Source: Amoebidium appalachense (taxonomy: Eukaryota > Protista > Ichthyosporea). From it: 64,000 nt of DNA. Of this stretch, positions 13,282-34,209 are shown piece after piece. Numbering within the stretch: the stretch's first letter is position 1; each line of letters starts with the position of its first letter. Where the stretch lies: assembly GCA_963693365.1 (NCBI GenBank), contig CAVNZM010000005.1:8412334-8476333 (forward strand), given 5' to 3'. The notes below the pieces were generated by a model. It was not told the DNA's origin. It made no database searches and saw only the letters and a list, made by a program, of their open reading frames with translations. Both the position numbers and the translations under genes were made by a program.

Positions 13282-13609
13282 GAAAAAGAAAAAGAAAGAA
13301 AGAAAAGAAACGACGTGACGATAAAGATGAGGAAGCGTGAGAGAGAAATTTGTAAGGAGGGATCAATGCCGAAAGGGACAACACACACACACATAACAGG
13401 ACAACCAGCACAAACCACACACACATCCTTCATCATATTATCAGCATACTGAATCAGATACGCTTCATGATCCCTCCCATGATATCTACCTCACAAGCCC
13501 ACTCACACCCCCAAACGTGCATATGCCCGCATACGTGTGTGTGCGTGTGCGTATTGGTGCAGATGTGCGTATCCATATACAGATACCATATTTACATATA
13601 CAGTCCCAC

Positions 13610-14067
13610 CTATGCGTGTGGTCTAAATGCCACGCACCCACCGGGGCACCTGCAGTTACCGCCCACCCATGGGGGCAGCTGGTCAGGGCCCACTTTGGGC
13701 GCCAACTTGCTGGGCACCGTGCCCTCTGCTGTCTCCTCGCACACAACAACCTGATTGGGGAAAGGGGTGATGAATATGGTGCTGGTCTCACTTGCATGTG
13801 TGAAATTATTAGAGCGCCTGGTAAACACCTCTTGCATTCACAAAACACACACACACACACAGGTACAACACACACACACACACGTCATCAGTTACTACTC
13901 CCAACTCTTTCAGTCACAAAACACACACATACATGTAAAACACAGCGTGGCACACACACTCCCGCACACATGCCCGCACGCCCGCACGCCTGCCCACACG
14001 CACACGCACAAACACACACACGCACAAACACACACACGCACACACACACGCGCGCGCACGCACGCGC

Positions 14068-14099
<32 letters not shown>

Positions 14100-14612
14100 C
14101 CGCCCGCCCGCCCGCCCGCCCGCCCGCCCGCCCGCCCACCCGCCCACCTGCCCACCGCCCGCCCGACCGCACACACACACACATCCATCCACAGATTACA
14201 CCTCCACCTCTCACAGTCACACAACTTACAGAAACAATACACACACACTGGTCATGCACCCACCGGACCTCCCAACCCACCTTGATGATAACTGATGCAC
14301 GGGCACACATGAATGAACAAGCGCCCACAATACACCTACAGTAGGCACACACAATCGAGTGTGTGCCTGCAAGCAGACATGTATGGGGAGCAGGAGGGGT
14401 GACGTAAGGATTCTGGGGCCCGGGGGGGGAGGGGGGGGGGGGGTTTGAATGCGTCAAAAAGTACGAAGTACACAAGAACAAACGGATAACACGATGCAGA
14501 ATGCAAGCCATACATAAAGAGTATGCATAATAAGCAGAGCCCATCCTCAGGGGGGGCCCACGTCATCCACAGTACCCGAGTTTCGACCTATTCCCCTCGT
14601 TAACGAAACCCT

Positions 14613-14656
<44 letters not shown>

Positions 14657-15823
14657 AGATGTGGAAAAGACGGGGGAAGAGGGGGGGAATAGGGTAGAAT
14701 GTGTTATCGAGTACGCAGAACACATTCATGACGGACAACATAATGCAGAATACAAACCACACAAAGTATGCACAATTAGTGCCAATTCTCAGGAGAAGCC
14801 CATGTCATCCACAGTACATAACAGGGGGGGGGGGGGGGGGGGGGGTGGGGGGGAGGGGGCGGGGGGGAGGGGGGGGGGGGGGGGGGGGTAGCTAGGTGAG
14901 CTTGCTACCTTTTCGACCATCCTCTTTGGCAGGATCTTCGAGAGGAAGGAGCCAGCCACGGTGATCATCTTAGGGGCATTGACCACAAACGTGGCATCCA
15001 CTAGCTGCGGGTAAAGGTCCTCCCCCTGCTTGCTGGACTCCGCTAGAACCTTCTCGAACCGCTTCTCACGCACTGGGTGGGTTTGCACACACACACGGTC
15101 AGAAATCGTTTTTTTTTTGTAATGACTATATTGGGAAAGCGCTACATGCAAAACAAACGAAAACTTGTATGTCTCGAGAACAAGACACAGCCGTGGCAAG
15201 GAATATATCTCCCAGGCACCACACGAAGCAAATGGGCACAACGATAATCATTAGGCCATAGAAAACTTCTTCAACATTTGAAATCCGATACATTGGGGGC
15301 AAAAACGCAGCAGGAAACATGGTGCGCACATGCAGGGGAAAAAAGAAAAGCACAAGGCACTACTCTACATGTACACACACCAACAGACCTTACTCCCCCC
15401 CCCCCCCCCCCCTCCACCACCATCCATCCCACCCCCAACCCCACCAACACACCCCACCCTTTCAACCTCTCTTCACCTCCACCAGCCTTCCCTCTCCCCC
15501 CCCTCACCCCCCCCCCCCCCCCCCCCCTCCCCTCACACACACACATACACACTCACACTCACTCACTCACTCAGATCACACACATCTCCGCAACGCCCAC
15601 ACACACACGCAAGCACACGAGCACGACAAAAACAAAGACGATAAAAGACGTCACCCAGTGCTATGTGGATGTGAGAGTGTTTTCCCAATATGTGTTTCTT
15701 TCCAGCCATGAAATTACAAGTCTTTCAAACCCTCCTCCCCCTCCCCCCCCCCCCCCCCGCCAGCCCCCCCCTCCCCCCCCCCCCACACACACACCACTAC
15801 CACCATCACTCCACCCCCCCCCC

Positions 15824-15896
<73 letters not shown>

Positions 15897-16616
15897 CCAC
15901 CCTCTCCCGACCCTCGGCGTTGGGTCCCCTTGACCACTTCATGTACAAACACAGACAAGAAGAAAGAAAGAAAAAAACACATCACTGGGTCAATGCACAA
16001 ATGGTGCAAAGCACATGCAGGGCCCACGATTTGCAAATACGAGCACACAAATAACCAGCATAAGCAGAGCCCATCCTCAAACAAGACCCAAATTCATCAG
16101 CAGTATTGGACTACCGGACTTCCTAACCACATGCAGCTCGCCCAAAACCAAAACCTAAAACACCACCAATTTGAACTTGCCTGTGCCATATTTCTTAAAT
16201 CAGAATCGAGCACTATCACTTCAATGCGTAGGGCGGGGAAGGGGGGGGGGAGGGGGGGGGGGGGGTTGAATGCGGAACACGGTACGAAGTACGCATACAC
16301 GAAGGACACATGCAAAGGCAAACATACAAGTATGCAACATCAGCCATGCGCACAGTATGCGGGGGATGGGTCTCAGAGCAAGAAATATAAGTTAAAGGAC
16401 GGGCAACACAATGCACATTCTGCAAAAAGAAGCACGAACACAAGCGGGCAACAGGAGGAGGGGGGGGGGGGAGGGGGGGGGGGGGGGGGGGGCGGCATAT
16501 ATTGTGTTCCAAAGTCCGAAGTGCATTCATTGCGGACAACAGGAAGTATCTTTGAAAAAGGTGTGTGTGTGTTTGTGTTTGTGTGTGTGCGTGTGCGTGT
16601 GTTGTGTGTTGGGGGG

Positions 16617-16661
<45 letters not shown>

Positions 16662-17285
16662 AAACATACCAGACCACAGCTTGACCTCAGCAAAGTCCAG
16701 CAGACTGACCTGCTTGGTCAGCAGCCCAGTCTCCCGGGTGATCCGGTCACACATCTGCCATGTGCACGTGTCAGTGGGCGGGTGTGTGCACGTGCAAGAT
16801 ACACGTGTGTATCTGGGCATGTGCACATGCAAAATGAGCTTGGTTTGTGGCCGTGTGGGTATGTACACATGCAAAAAGGGGGTGTCAATGGTAGGCATGT
16901 GCACATTGGCACGTGTGCAAGACACTCAGAACGTCGCGGGGGGAGGGGGGGGGGGGGGGGGGGGGGGGGAGGGTGTTTACGATAGAAGAAGTGTAGAGGT
17001 GTGCTTGGGGAAGGTAAAAATGTAAAAGGCTTTACAATGGATTGCATGGTACACAGTACGGAAAGACAGCCGAAATGATGCTATGCAATCAAGAAAACAG
17101 AAAGTGTAGTGTGTTGTCTGATTTGCAGATACCGGAAGAGAGAGAGGGAGAGGGGGAAGGGGGAGGTGGGGAGGGAAGGGAGGGGGGAGGGGGGAGGGGG
17201 GGGAGGAATGGTCTCAAGAAAAAAGCAAAACTTGGAGGTGTGTGGGGGAAGAGGCGAAAAATGGAAAAAACCGTATCATGAGTGT

Positions 17286-17332
<47 letters not shown>

Positions 17333-17523
17333 CGCACACACGTGTGCGTGTGCGCACGTGCATGCACATGTGCCCGTTGTGTGTGTTGTGTGCGCATGTG
17401 CGTGGGGTTGTGTGCAGATATGCCCACATGTGCCTGTGTCTGTGTGAACCTTGCACGCGCATGCGCTTGGTGCATCAAGGTGTAGGTGTGTGGGTGACCG
17501 TGCATTCGTGCATTCGTGTATGT

Positions 17524-17607
<84 letters not shown>

Positions 17608-17779
17608 CATATATGCGCCGGCAGGCGCATACATGTGCGTTTGTGATTGTATATGTGTGTGCGTGTCCAGGTAGGTGTTCACACTCATACAAGCTCGTAT
17701 CTGTCTGTGTCTGTGTGCTCTCCGCAAACATGTGCATCAGAATATGTGTGTGTGCGAGCGGAAGTGTGTTAGTGCATAC

Positions 17780-17858
<79 letters not shown>

Positions 17859-17954
17859 TGTGTGTGTGTATGGGTGTGTGTGTTTGTGTATGTGTGTGTG
17901 CGTGTGTGTGTATGGGTGTGTGTGTTTGTGTATGTGTGTGTGCGTGTGTGTGTG

Positions 17955-17985
<31 letters not shown>

Positions 17986-18158
17986 ATGCAGGTGCACGCG
18001 CTCATGCAACCCCATGCCGGTGTCTGTGTACACCCTGCCTACTTGGGTGCATGGTGCAACAGTGTATCTGTGTGTGCATGTGTGCCTTTTTGTGGCGTGT
18101 GTGCACACGCGCGTGCACGCATACGTTTTCTTTTCTTTCTTTCGTTTTTTTTTTTTTT

Positions 18159-18235
<77 letters not shown>

Positions 18236-18724
18236 CTGCGTGTGCATTCGCACATGTGTGTGTATCTGCGCGCATGTCTGCAATGTCTGTGTGCATCCGG
18301 CACGTGTGCGCGTGCGCATGCATATTGACTGCTCCCCATTAGAGAGGGGGCCAGGAGACACTCACCATGTAAGCCTTCTGCTTCTCATACATGAACCACT
18401 GCAGCATGTCGTGATCGGAAACACTGCCACAACACCGACCCAGTGTTACTATAGCCCATGCAACCTCTCCCTTCCCCCCTCCCCCCTCCTCCCCCCTCCC
18501 TCCCTCCCCTCCCCTACACACACACACTTCCTTTCCCCTTCCACCCCCAAACTTCTACCCAACCCCCAACCTACCCCATCCCATCAGTTCCCCCTGCCTC
18601 CTCCCCCTTTTCTCCATCCACCCACCCACCCACCCACCCACTCACCTATCCAATAACCCCCCCCCCCCCCCCCCCCCCCCCCTTTCCCCCAAAGCACGCA
18701 CGCACGCACGAGCGTGCGCGTGCG

Positions 18725-18792
<68 letters not shown>

Positions 18793-19030
18793 CATGCACT
18801 CACCCACTCACGCAGAACGCAACCGCGCACACTTCCATGCATACCACCACCCCCACCCCCACCATTATCTCCCACCCGAGTACTGTCCCAGCCACCTCAA
18901 ACCCACAACCATTTAAATCACAAACGCCCACATGCCCGCCATTGCAGTTCTTTCTACTCATAAGCACGAATCATCATGCAGTATTGCACACCTATCCGCC
19001 GCATCCCCTCCCCCCCCCTTCCACACACAC

Positions 19031-19111
<81 letters not shown>

Positions 19112-21642
19112 GCATGCACGCCCACCCACACGCAGATGCACACACATCCATCCGGCCCCTATCCCCCCCCCCCCCCCCCCCTTCCTCTTTCTCCCAAAGG
19201 CCCCCTCAACCAATCCAGACACACCAACCACTCCAAACCACCCATCCTATCATACCTGTCCATCAACCCCGAAAGGTTTGACACGCCGATCCGCGTAATG
19301 TGCACAGGGCCCCCCTCCCTCGCAAACCCGTGCACCCCCGCCGCCATAAACCTCCCAACCGTCGCGTGTGCCGGTGTCTCCCTCCCCGCCCACGCTCCAT
19401 CCACTAAATCCTTGTTTGCCGCGCGCCAAGAAATCATTCGCAAAAGGGGCATCTGCGCCGCCTCCGGGGTTTTAAAAGAAAGAATGTAACGTAGGAGGGA
19501 AAGGTCGTCGTGTAGGTGTGGGGGCGCGCACCCGCCCACTAAATCGCGTAGTTTTGTGATTGAAGCAGAGTGCTGTTCCAAGAGGCACGCTACGCACCGC
19601 GTCTGCTTCTGCCTGGATTCAGGTTTGTCGCACCTGCGGAGATAAGGATTCAAGGTTTTTAGAAATTTGAGCGAGTTGTGCAGGCTTGTTTACCCGAGTT
19701 GAATGTCGGGCATTACAAGGGGCTGTAATCAGTCAAGATATCTCTCCTGCTGTGTATCCTCCCCCCCCTCCCCCCCCCCCCCCCCCAACACTCCCCGGAC
19801 CAAATCACCCCCTTACCCTTACTCCACCTCTGCTTCCTCTCCCAAATTTAAACCCCATCCGTAGTGGCCCCTCCACGCTATACCTCCCCCCTCCTCCCCC
19901 CTCCCCCCTCTCCAACCCCCCAACCCGCCAACCCCTTCCACCCTTCTCCTTCCCCACCTCCCCATTCCCCTGACGGGTCACTGACAAGCACAAGTACATA
20001 AGAGACGACCATAAGCGCACCAATGAACATATCCATACAGATGGTATGATTCGATCACACCAACATACCCTCCCCCCGCCCCCTCGCAAACCAACCCCCC
20101 TTCCCCCCTCTCCCCCCTTCCTCCCCGTGGGGCAAGGCGCCAGCGCGCACAAAATTACCCATCTTTCTGCAGCATACTACTAAAGCATTACAAGGCCCCC
20201 CTAAACATCGAACATCGCCCAGTCACACTTCAAGTGATCGACTTACTTGTGTGTGAAGCTTGTCTGCAAGTACAGCGACATGCGGCTGCCAGCGCTAATG
20301 TGGTTCTTCTGACGCTCTACAGCGAGCCTGGGCTCCACCAACTTGGGCTGCTCCACGTGCTTAGGGTGTTGCTCAAGGAGCGACACCTTGGACGCACCAT
20401 GCTGGAAAACAAGGGGAAGGGCATTGGCCTTGTAAGCAAGTGAGACTCTTAGCTAGCCACAAAAGCCTTGCCCTGCCTCGGCCCTTTTTCTGAACTCGAA
20501 GATAAAAAACCCCCACACCACCCCAGCTTCTATATATACAAGGACGGTTCAGCACACAGACAATTATGCAAACGTGGAGCAAAAAGGAGTGACATAAGGA
20601 GGTGAGAATGAAACGGACAAAAAGGCACAAAACAAGCTCAACTCACCGAGGCCATGCGCACCAGCGATTTTCTGTATTCCAACTCTGCCTTCTGGACGTT
20701 CGCTTCCGCCTCCGACCCTTGGCCAAAGCTCTCCCTCCTTTGTACCTGATCCCCTTCTTGCTGTCGCGCATATTTAACAGCTGCAAAAAACGCTGAATCC
20801 AGCCGCTGTTGCCGTGCTTCGCTGAACTCTTTTTCAATGCTTTTTGCTGTAAGAACAGCAACAGGTGGTTCTGGCACTGACTCCTCTCCCTCGACTTCAT
20901 CCGATGGTCCAATTAGTCGATCTACGTTTTCATCTGAGCCGTATGATTGATAGCTGGATGTGCCAGCATCGCTGTTTGCTTGAGCAAAACCGCCAAGTGA
21001 TGCAGGCGCCGAGCTATCAAGCACGTCTCCCTGGTCCTCGCCACATCCCGCAGCCTCCTGTGGAATCGGGGTTGCCCTATGTGTCCTCGAAAAGGTGGGA
21101 AGCTGTAACGTGAAAGATCTTTTGCTTGGTAATTTTGGTAGTTGTGTGGTGGATGGAGAGGATGATATACTCTCGTTGTCTTGCGACGTGCGCGTTGGAC
21201 ATGGCCCGTCTCGTGGCTCGGCCACCCATGTTTTTAGCAACACCTCACCACACATAGCCTGTTCCCCCGAAGGAGTCTTCAATAGCATCCACGTCGGCTC
21301 GTTCGGCGGCTGACATGAAAGGTCTGAAAATGAGAGGTCAGCCTGCCCGACCGTCTTACCCCCCTTTGTTTTCACCTTGACGTATAGCCACTCATCTTTA
21401 ACTCCTACCGCTGCCCGGTAGCTCTCGTTCCATTCGACGCTTTCGCCGTCAGAGGCAGACTTTGCATTTCTCGTTTTATACTTTTTTTTTCCTGCTTTAA
21501 TCGAAACTGATAATGCCTTGCTCACTGTGGCGGCATCAAATGCCCTCCCCTTGATAACATCTATGGCAACCACCTTTGGGCGGCAGCTGCAGCGGAAAGT
21601 TGCCGCCGGCATGGTGCCTGCCTCCACCTCACTCATGTGCAT
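13610..21642 (-). CDS. C2-domain + CRAL-TRIO/SEC14 lipid-binding protein (~658 aa; exons 21642-20647, 20401-20247, 19633-19256, 18423-18366, 16754-16670, 15072-14909, 13750-13610)
   Basis: All six introns are GT-AG with consistent phases. C2-like segment (VAIDVIKGR...KYKTR...VEWNE...VGQADL...CGEVLLK), CRAL-TRIO-N (DDLSLLRYI) and SEC14 core motifs (GGPVHI, LLDF, YPQLV...[30 protein letters not shown]). The start codon (21642 or 21636) and 3' end are less certain. Confidence 0.85.
14441..14612. repeat. Dispersed intronic repeat, diverged copy (further diverged copy ~14693-14820, fragment ~16058-16079)
   Basis: Shares gggtttgaatgcg...taagcagagcccatcctcagg...gtcatc...gagtttcgacc with 30362-30530. 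Confidence 0.7.
16262..16360. repeat. Dispersed intronic repeat, truncated copy
   Basis: ttgaatgcggaacacggtacgaagtacgcatacacgaaggacacatgcaaaggcaaacat... is nearly identical to 30797-30902. Confidence 0.85.
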
Positions 21643-23392
21643 GAATTTGGCTGGTAGTGTGATGCTGGTGCCACGCACTCAAACGGTGCGTTTCTTAGAA
21701 AGAGAGATCAGGCTCGTTCCATGTCAAAGAGCAACATACGCAGAGAAGGAAAAATATCCGGGCTTTCTCAAACTAAATCTTGACTCGTGTGTGTATATGC
21801 TCCATAATCGTGGGAAAAACATCGCCAACACAGCTACAGATCGACACAGTGTACTCAGGCCTGTTGTTGTTGCTTTCTTCGAAAATAAGCCAGCAACTTT
21901 CGCTTATATCGAGGTCTTATGTCACATCTTATGCATTTATTCCATTACACATTCTTAGTTCTGTTCAGAAGGCATCCTTATACCTGTTTGCTAAAAGAAG
22001 TGTAAAAAAGAACGTTTTAATTGAATGTATTCCAGCCCTGTAGTAAAAATGCTATATCATAATAGGGAAACAAGGAATAACTTTCCTCGTTGTATTTTGT
22101 GGCTTTCTTCCTCTTTATTGTCCGCTTCCGCTGAGTGATAGGCTTCCCATGCTTTATCTTTTCTGCTATTCGGCAATCTAGATGCGTGACTTCTTGGTCC
22201 TTTTCTTTCACAGCTATTGGCTAATACTGCACCATCTTCACGTGATTGAATGATTCAATTGAAATCGATTGAAGTTCGCAGAGATCTGCTTTTGCCGAGG
22301 AACTATTTTCGACGGCAAGAAAAAAGGATGGAAAAGAATACAAATGATTAATGTTTGATACATTAGCTTCCCCCCTTTCTAATCCAGCATACACCAACGA
22401 AATGGGGTCATGAGTTTTTTGCCGCCCATCTACCCACTCCGTGCATCAATTCAAAATTCCTGTGGGTGGGTGGAAGCCAGCCAATCGTTAGCATCTTCAG
22501 TGAGCCTGTTTGGTGCGCCTGCAGCCGTCAAACAGACTGACAGATGTAGTACAGTCGAACAGCTGGCAACAACACTGACCGAGTCAGACTAAGTGCTGCC
22601 CCCTCCCCCCCCCCCCCCCTCCCCCCCCCCCCCCCCCGCCCCCCGGCCCCCCCCCCCCCCAAAAAAAAGCCAACCCCCCCCCCCCCCCCCCCCCCCCGCC
22701 CCCTCCCCCCCCCTCCCCCCACCCCCTCAACCCAGTCCCCTCCCCCTTCCTTCTCTCCCCCCCACTCTCCAGGCCCACAAGGTTCTGTAACAGTGAAAGA
22801 AGCGAAAGCTTCGTCTCGTTAAAACTGTTTTTGTCGGTGCAATGGTGCTCAAAGCGACTCTGGGTGTGTGTTGTGGATGGGTAGGTATACGTAGGTGGCT
22901 GATCGGGTGTGTGTTCGTGTGTGTATTTGCCTGTGTGCATGTGTTTCTGTGTGTTTGTCTGCGTGTGTGTGTGTGTGTGCGTGCGCGCATGTGTGTGTGT
23001 TCGTTTATCAGGCTTGATGTGTGACACGTGCGCGCATGCGTCGTTATTGTTGTGCGGCCGAGAAAATAGCCCAAATCGGTGGGCGGCCCGGATGCATACG
23101 GAGGGGTGGGTGAGATTGTGGGGTGGAGGGTCACTTGGGAACGATAGGATCGTTCAAGGACAACTGGAACAATTGAAGACCTATTAACCAAACAGGTACT
23201 GTAACAGATGTGGGGAAGCATCAGCGTTGGATGACAGAGCTCCCCCCTGCCCCTCCTCACCCCCCCCCCCCCCCCCCCCCCCCGCCCCAGTTTCGATATC
23301 ATCCAAATTCCCGGAACCTTGAAACACAGACACGCACACACCACAACCGCCACCACCAACAAAAACCTCACATGATATGCACCGACCGTTAT

Positions 23393-24581
23393 AGCAGTCG
23401 CGCCATGTCGGGCTCCCGATCACATCAAAACCATATGTGATCGGTGAACAAGCAGTATGATTCCTTAAAAATAGCAGTTAACTATCCAATAAGATCGCCA
23501 CTCCGGGCTCATCAGATAAAATGCAACCAATCAAGATGCGTATTTTGCACATTCCTATTCTCTTAAATTTTAACACGCACAGGGCCATCGCGACCAGGCA
23601 CAAAACACGACACGTGTTTCGTAAACGGCCGTGCGCCGCTGCATCCACACTCCACCACATTTACGCACAAGGGGCGGCATGCACACCATTGCATAGAGCC
23701 AAACGCTGGCAACATGGCCGTGTTTGAGCCGTTGCCGTAGGACTAGTACAACACGAGTTATTAGTTTTGCGACATGGGCACTTTGTCAGGAAAAACGAAA
23801 TTTACTAAAGCGTCAAAAACTCTAGAAAAACATAAGAATACCAATAGGCCGCACGAACTTCATGCTGTCTTCTTCCACCATGACGAGCAGCACCAACACC
23901 CTGCTCTAGTGTCCTCTACCATGCCGAGCAGCACCAACACCCTGCTCTAGTGTCTTCTACCATGCCGAGCAGCACCATCACCCTGCTCTAGTGTCTTCTA
24001 CCATGCCGAGCAGCACCAACACCCTGCTCTAGTGTCTTCTACCATGCCGAGCAGCACCAACACCCTGCTCTAGTGTCTTCTACCATGCCGAGCAGCACCA
24101 ACACCCTGCTCTATTGTCTTCTACCATGCCGAGCAGCACCAACACCCTGCTCTAGTGTCTTCTACCATGCCGAGCAGCACCAACACCCTGCTCTAGTCTT
24201 CTACCATGCCGAGCAGCACAAACACACTGCTCTTCTTTCTTTCTTTTCCACCATGCAGAGCAGCACGAACACACTGCTTCGTCTTATTGTATTGTTTCTA
24301 ACTTTCCGAACATTTTTTCTTGCTTATACCCTTTTATTTTCCCCCGGGTCACTCCTGGCTAGGTGTTGGTTGAAGTGAGTTTGCTCAATCCCCACTAGCG
24401 TGACTGCGGCAACCCCGTGGGCTAAGAATTGCCAGAATATGTAGTGACAGTCGGGATTATGTATCCTGACTTATAGTTGCACTATGTAGAGAGCACATTC
24501 GTGTGTCTACTGTGGAAGACGTTAGCTCCCCTTAGGCAGTGCCTCCGGGAGTGAAACGGGATAAAATAAAAAAATAAAAAA
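23393..24581 (+). mobile_element. Non-coding TPRT retroposon (SINE-like or non-autonomous LINE), copy 1
   Basis: 16-bp TSD ATGCACCGACCGTTAT at 23377-23392 and 24582-24597; A-rich tail; near-identical inverted copy at 37146-38497. Confidence 0.9.
23866..24275 (+). repeat. 41-bp minisatellite inside the retroposon (about 10 units)
   Basis: Unit GTGTCTTCTACCATGCCGAGCAGCACCAACACCCTGCTCTA repeated head to tail. Confidence 0.9.
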
Positions 24582-25905
24582 ATGCACCGACCGTTATGCA
24601 GCACACTGTTGAATTGCAGCACGCATAGACACAAAACACACACACATAACAACACAAAACCTGTCGCAGAAACGTGGACACAAAAACAGACACCTCTACC
24701 CACCCACACATACCGTATCATCCGAGTACACCAACACAGTGTCACCAAACCAACCGCTTCCACACGCAGACACACAGGCACATAATCCGCACGTGGTTCT
24801 CCATTACACGCCGCCGCCCGGCACCTTAACCTGCACCTTCTGGTCATATGCTCTCATTGATGGAGTTGTGCTGGGGTACTGCACAACACACCACTACACA
24901 TCACCGTCACGGTCCACGTCCATGTGCACCATATAATCACGATCTTACAGTGACAGATTAAGGATATAGGGTTAACGTAAGCTGGGCAGAATAACCGTTT
25001 TTTTTGCAGAGCAATTCTGCCCGAAGCAAAGCTCGTCACAATGATTCTGTTCATGTGGCTGGGCCTTCCGATCCCCATGCATGCCTGCTATACTTGGAAA
25101 CAATTGGCATGTACAATGACCACTGTTATATGCACATGGCATATTCGTGTGTGGTCTGGGTTGGCAACAGCTGTAGCCTGTACCCTCGTTATAGCCTCCC
25201 CCTCCCCTCACCCCACCCCACCCCCCCCAGCCCCCTCCCCCGCCTTCCGGCTAACCTCTCCCGGGCCCGGGCCCCCTCCCTCTCCCTCCCCTCCTCAAGT
25301 AAACACCTCCCTCGTATGTCTCCGTTTCTCTCCTTTCTGAACGACTCTGTACGATATAGCAGCCGCTCTGCCCTCCCCCCCACCTCTCCCCTCCCCCTGT
25401 ACCCCCCCCCCCCCCCTGTGCGTTATTGCCTTAAATGTTAATAAAGCCAGCACACAAGTCTACAGCCTAAATTGTAATGCGATATATAGCCCTACCTCCA
25501 TCAAAGGAGTCCCCACGGATGGGACATTTGGTGTTGGTGTAGACCGTGACAGTGGAGAATGTAATATGGCAATTTACAAAAAAGGATATAAATTCACTTT
25601 CTTTTGCTCAAAGAAAATAATATATCATATGAATTTAAATAAATCAATAAAAAGGCGATATTATGAGCTGCAACAAAGTGCCTCGTAAATAAGATAATGA
25701 TGATAACAATCAGGGAGCCAAAAAAAAAAAAAAAAAAAAAAAAAGTGTCGGTATTGTACGCCATTATTATAATTAACCACCCCCGGGCCTATATATAGCT
25801 ACAATCGCTAAATAAAGCCCCCCCCCCCCCCCCCCCCCTTTTCCCGGGGCTGTGCACATGAGGCCCTATTCTCCTCCGTAGATGTCTTGGTCTCTTCACA
25901 TGTCC

Positions 25906-25948
<43 letters not shown>

Positions 25949-27118
25949 AATTCCCCCCTCCCCCCCTTTTCCCCTTTCTAGGTGACACCAACGCCCTCAC
26001 CAAAAAAAAAAAAAGAGGTCTGACCTCCCCGTCTCCTTGTCTCTGTAACAATCATGGTGCTCACATACACGTTCTTTGTAATGATTAACAGTTATATCCC
26101 AATTACTAGTACTCGATGGGGGGGGGGGGGGGGGGGGGGGGGGGGAGGGGGTGATATAATGCATACGAAATCAGGAGACTCTACTGCAGACGATTTCCTG
26201 GTTTGCTGGTCATGATTATTCACTTGGACCCATGTATAACATCTCAAAGAGAGGGGTTGCTGGCCACACGTACATATTAATAGTTAAATGGTCCGCTAAA
26301 TAATGATGGTATGTGTATGTACAGTGTACGTACACATGTGATTACAAATGTAAAGGTTGCCCATCCATACATGTAAAGTCTAGTCGACCATTAAGTAAGA
26401 ACTAAAACTATACAAATTAACACTAAAAGTACTGGTGCTATTTTCAATCAACGATTGTGCTGCCAAGAAGTATAGGAGTCCATTTCAAGCACAACTACTT
26501 TAACACTCGCCCGATTGAATTCCCAGCCAGTGTTCAAAGAAAGCACACCATTGACTAACTATAGCCATCATGCGTATTTACTAACACACATACACCCTTA
26601 CCGTACACGTTGCCTACAAACAACGTGGGACGAACACTATGTTGCTGGTCTCCGAAGCATGCACATTCCATCCAAATAAGAAACTGCCACATTTCATTCC
26701 AACGATGCTCACGAACCAACCCTAGGCCTGCCCGTACACATAGCTTTTCGCTTCGGTTTGCTTTTTATGCCAATCTTTTTTCTCTTTTGCTGACTAATAC
26801 CAGCACCTCCACCCGGCACACGCACACGCACAAAAACACTTGTGTCAGGCGTGTACACCTTTCGTGTTTGTAGCTGTGTGTGTGTGCACATTCGTGCGGA
26901 TGATGCCTGTTCGTTTTGTGAATGTCGCACAATCATGGTAAGTGCACGCATTTTGTCCTACTGTCTACTTCATATACCACACGCATGTGCAACCCACATA
27001 CATGTAACACATCAGCATGTTTCATTAGATTCATAATACATTTAACATTAGTCCCCACGACAACCAACTTACGACTAATCCATCGTATCGTATTGTTCAC
27101 GAGGTATTCACGAGATAT

Positions 27119-34209
<7,091 letters not shown>

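Noticed and set aside
23866-24275. 41-bp array as a CRISPR array
   Set aside because: Units are contiguous with no unique spacers, there are no cas genes, and it sits inside a eukaryotic retroposon.
22380-25200. Possible additional plus-strand gene in the unique islands between the SEC14 and channel genes
   Set aside because: I could not assemble a phase-consistent, stop-free exon chain or recognise any domain.
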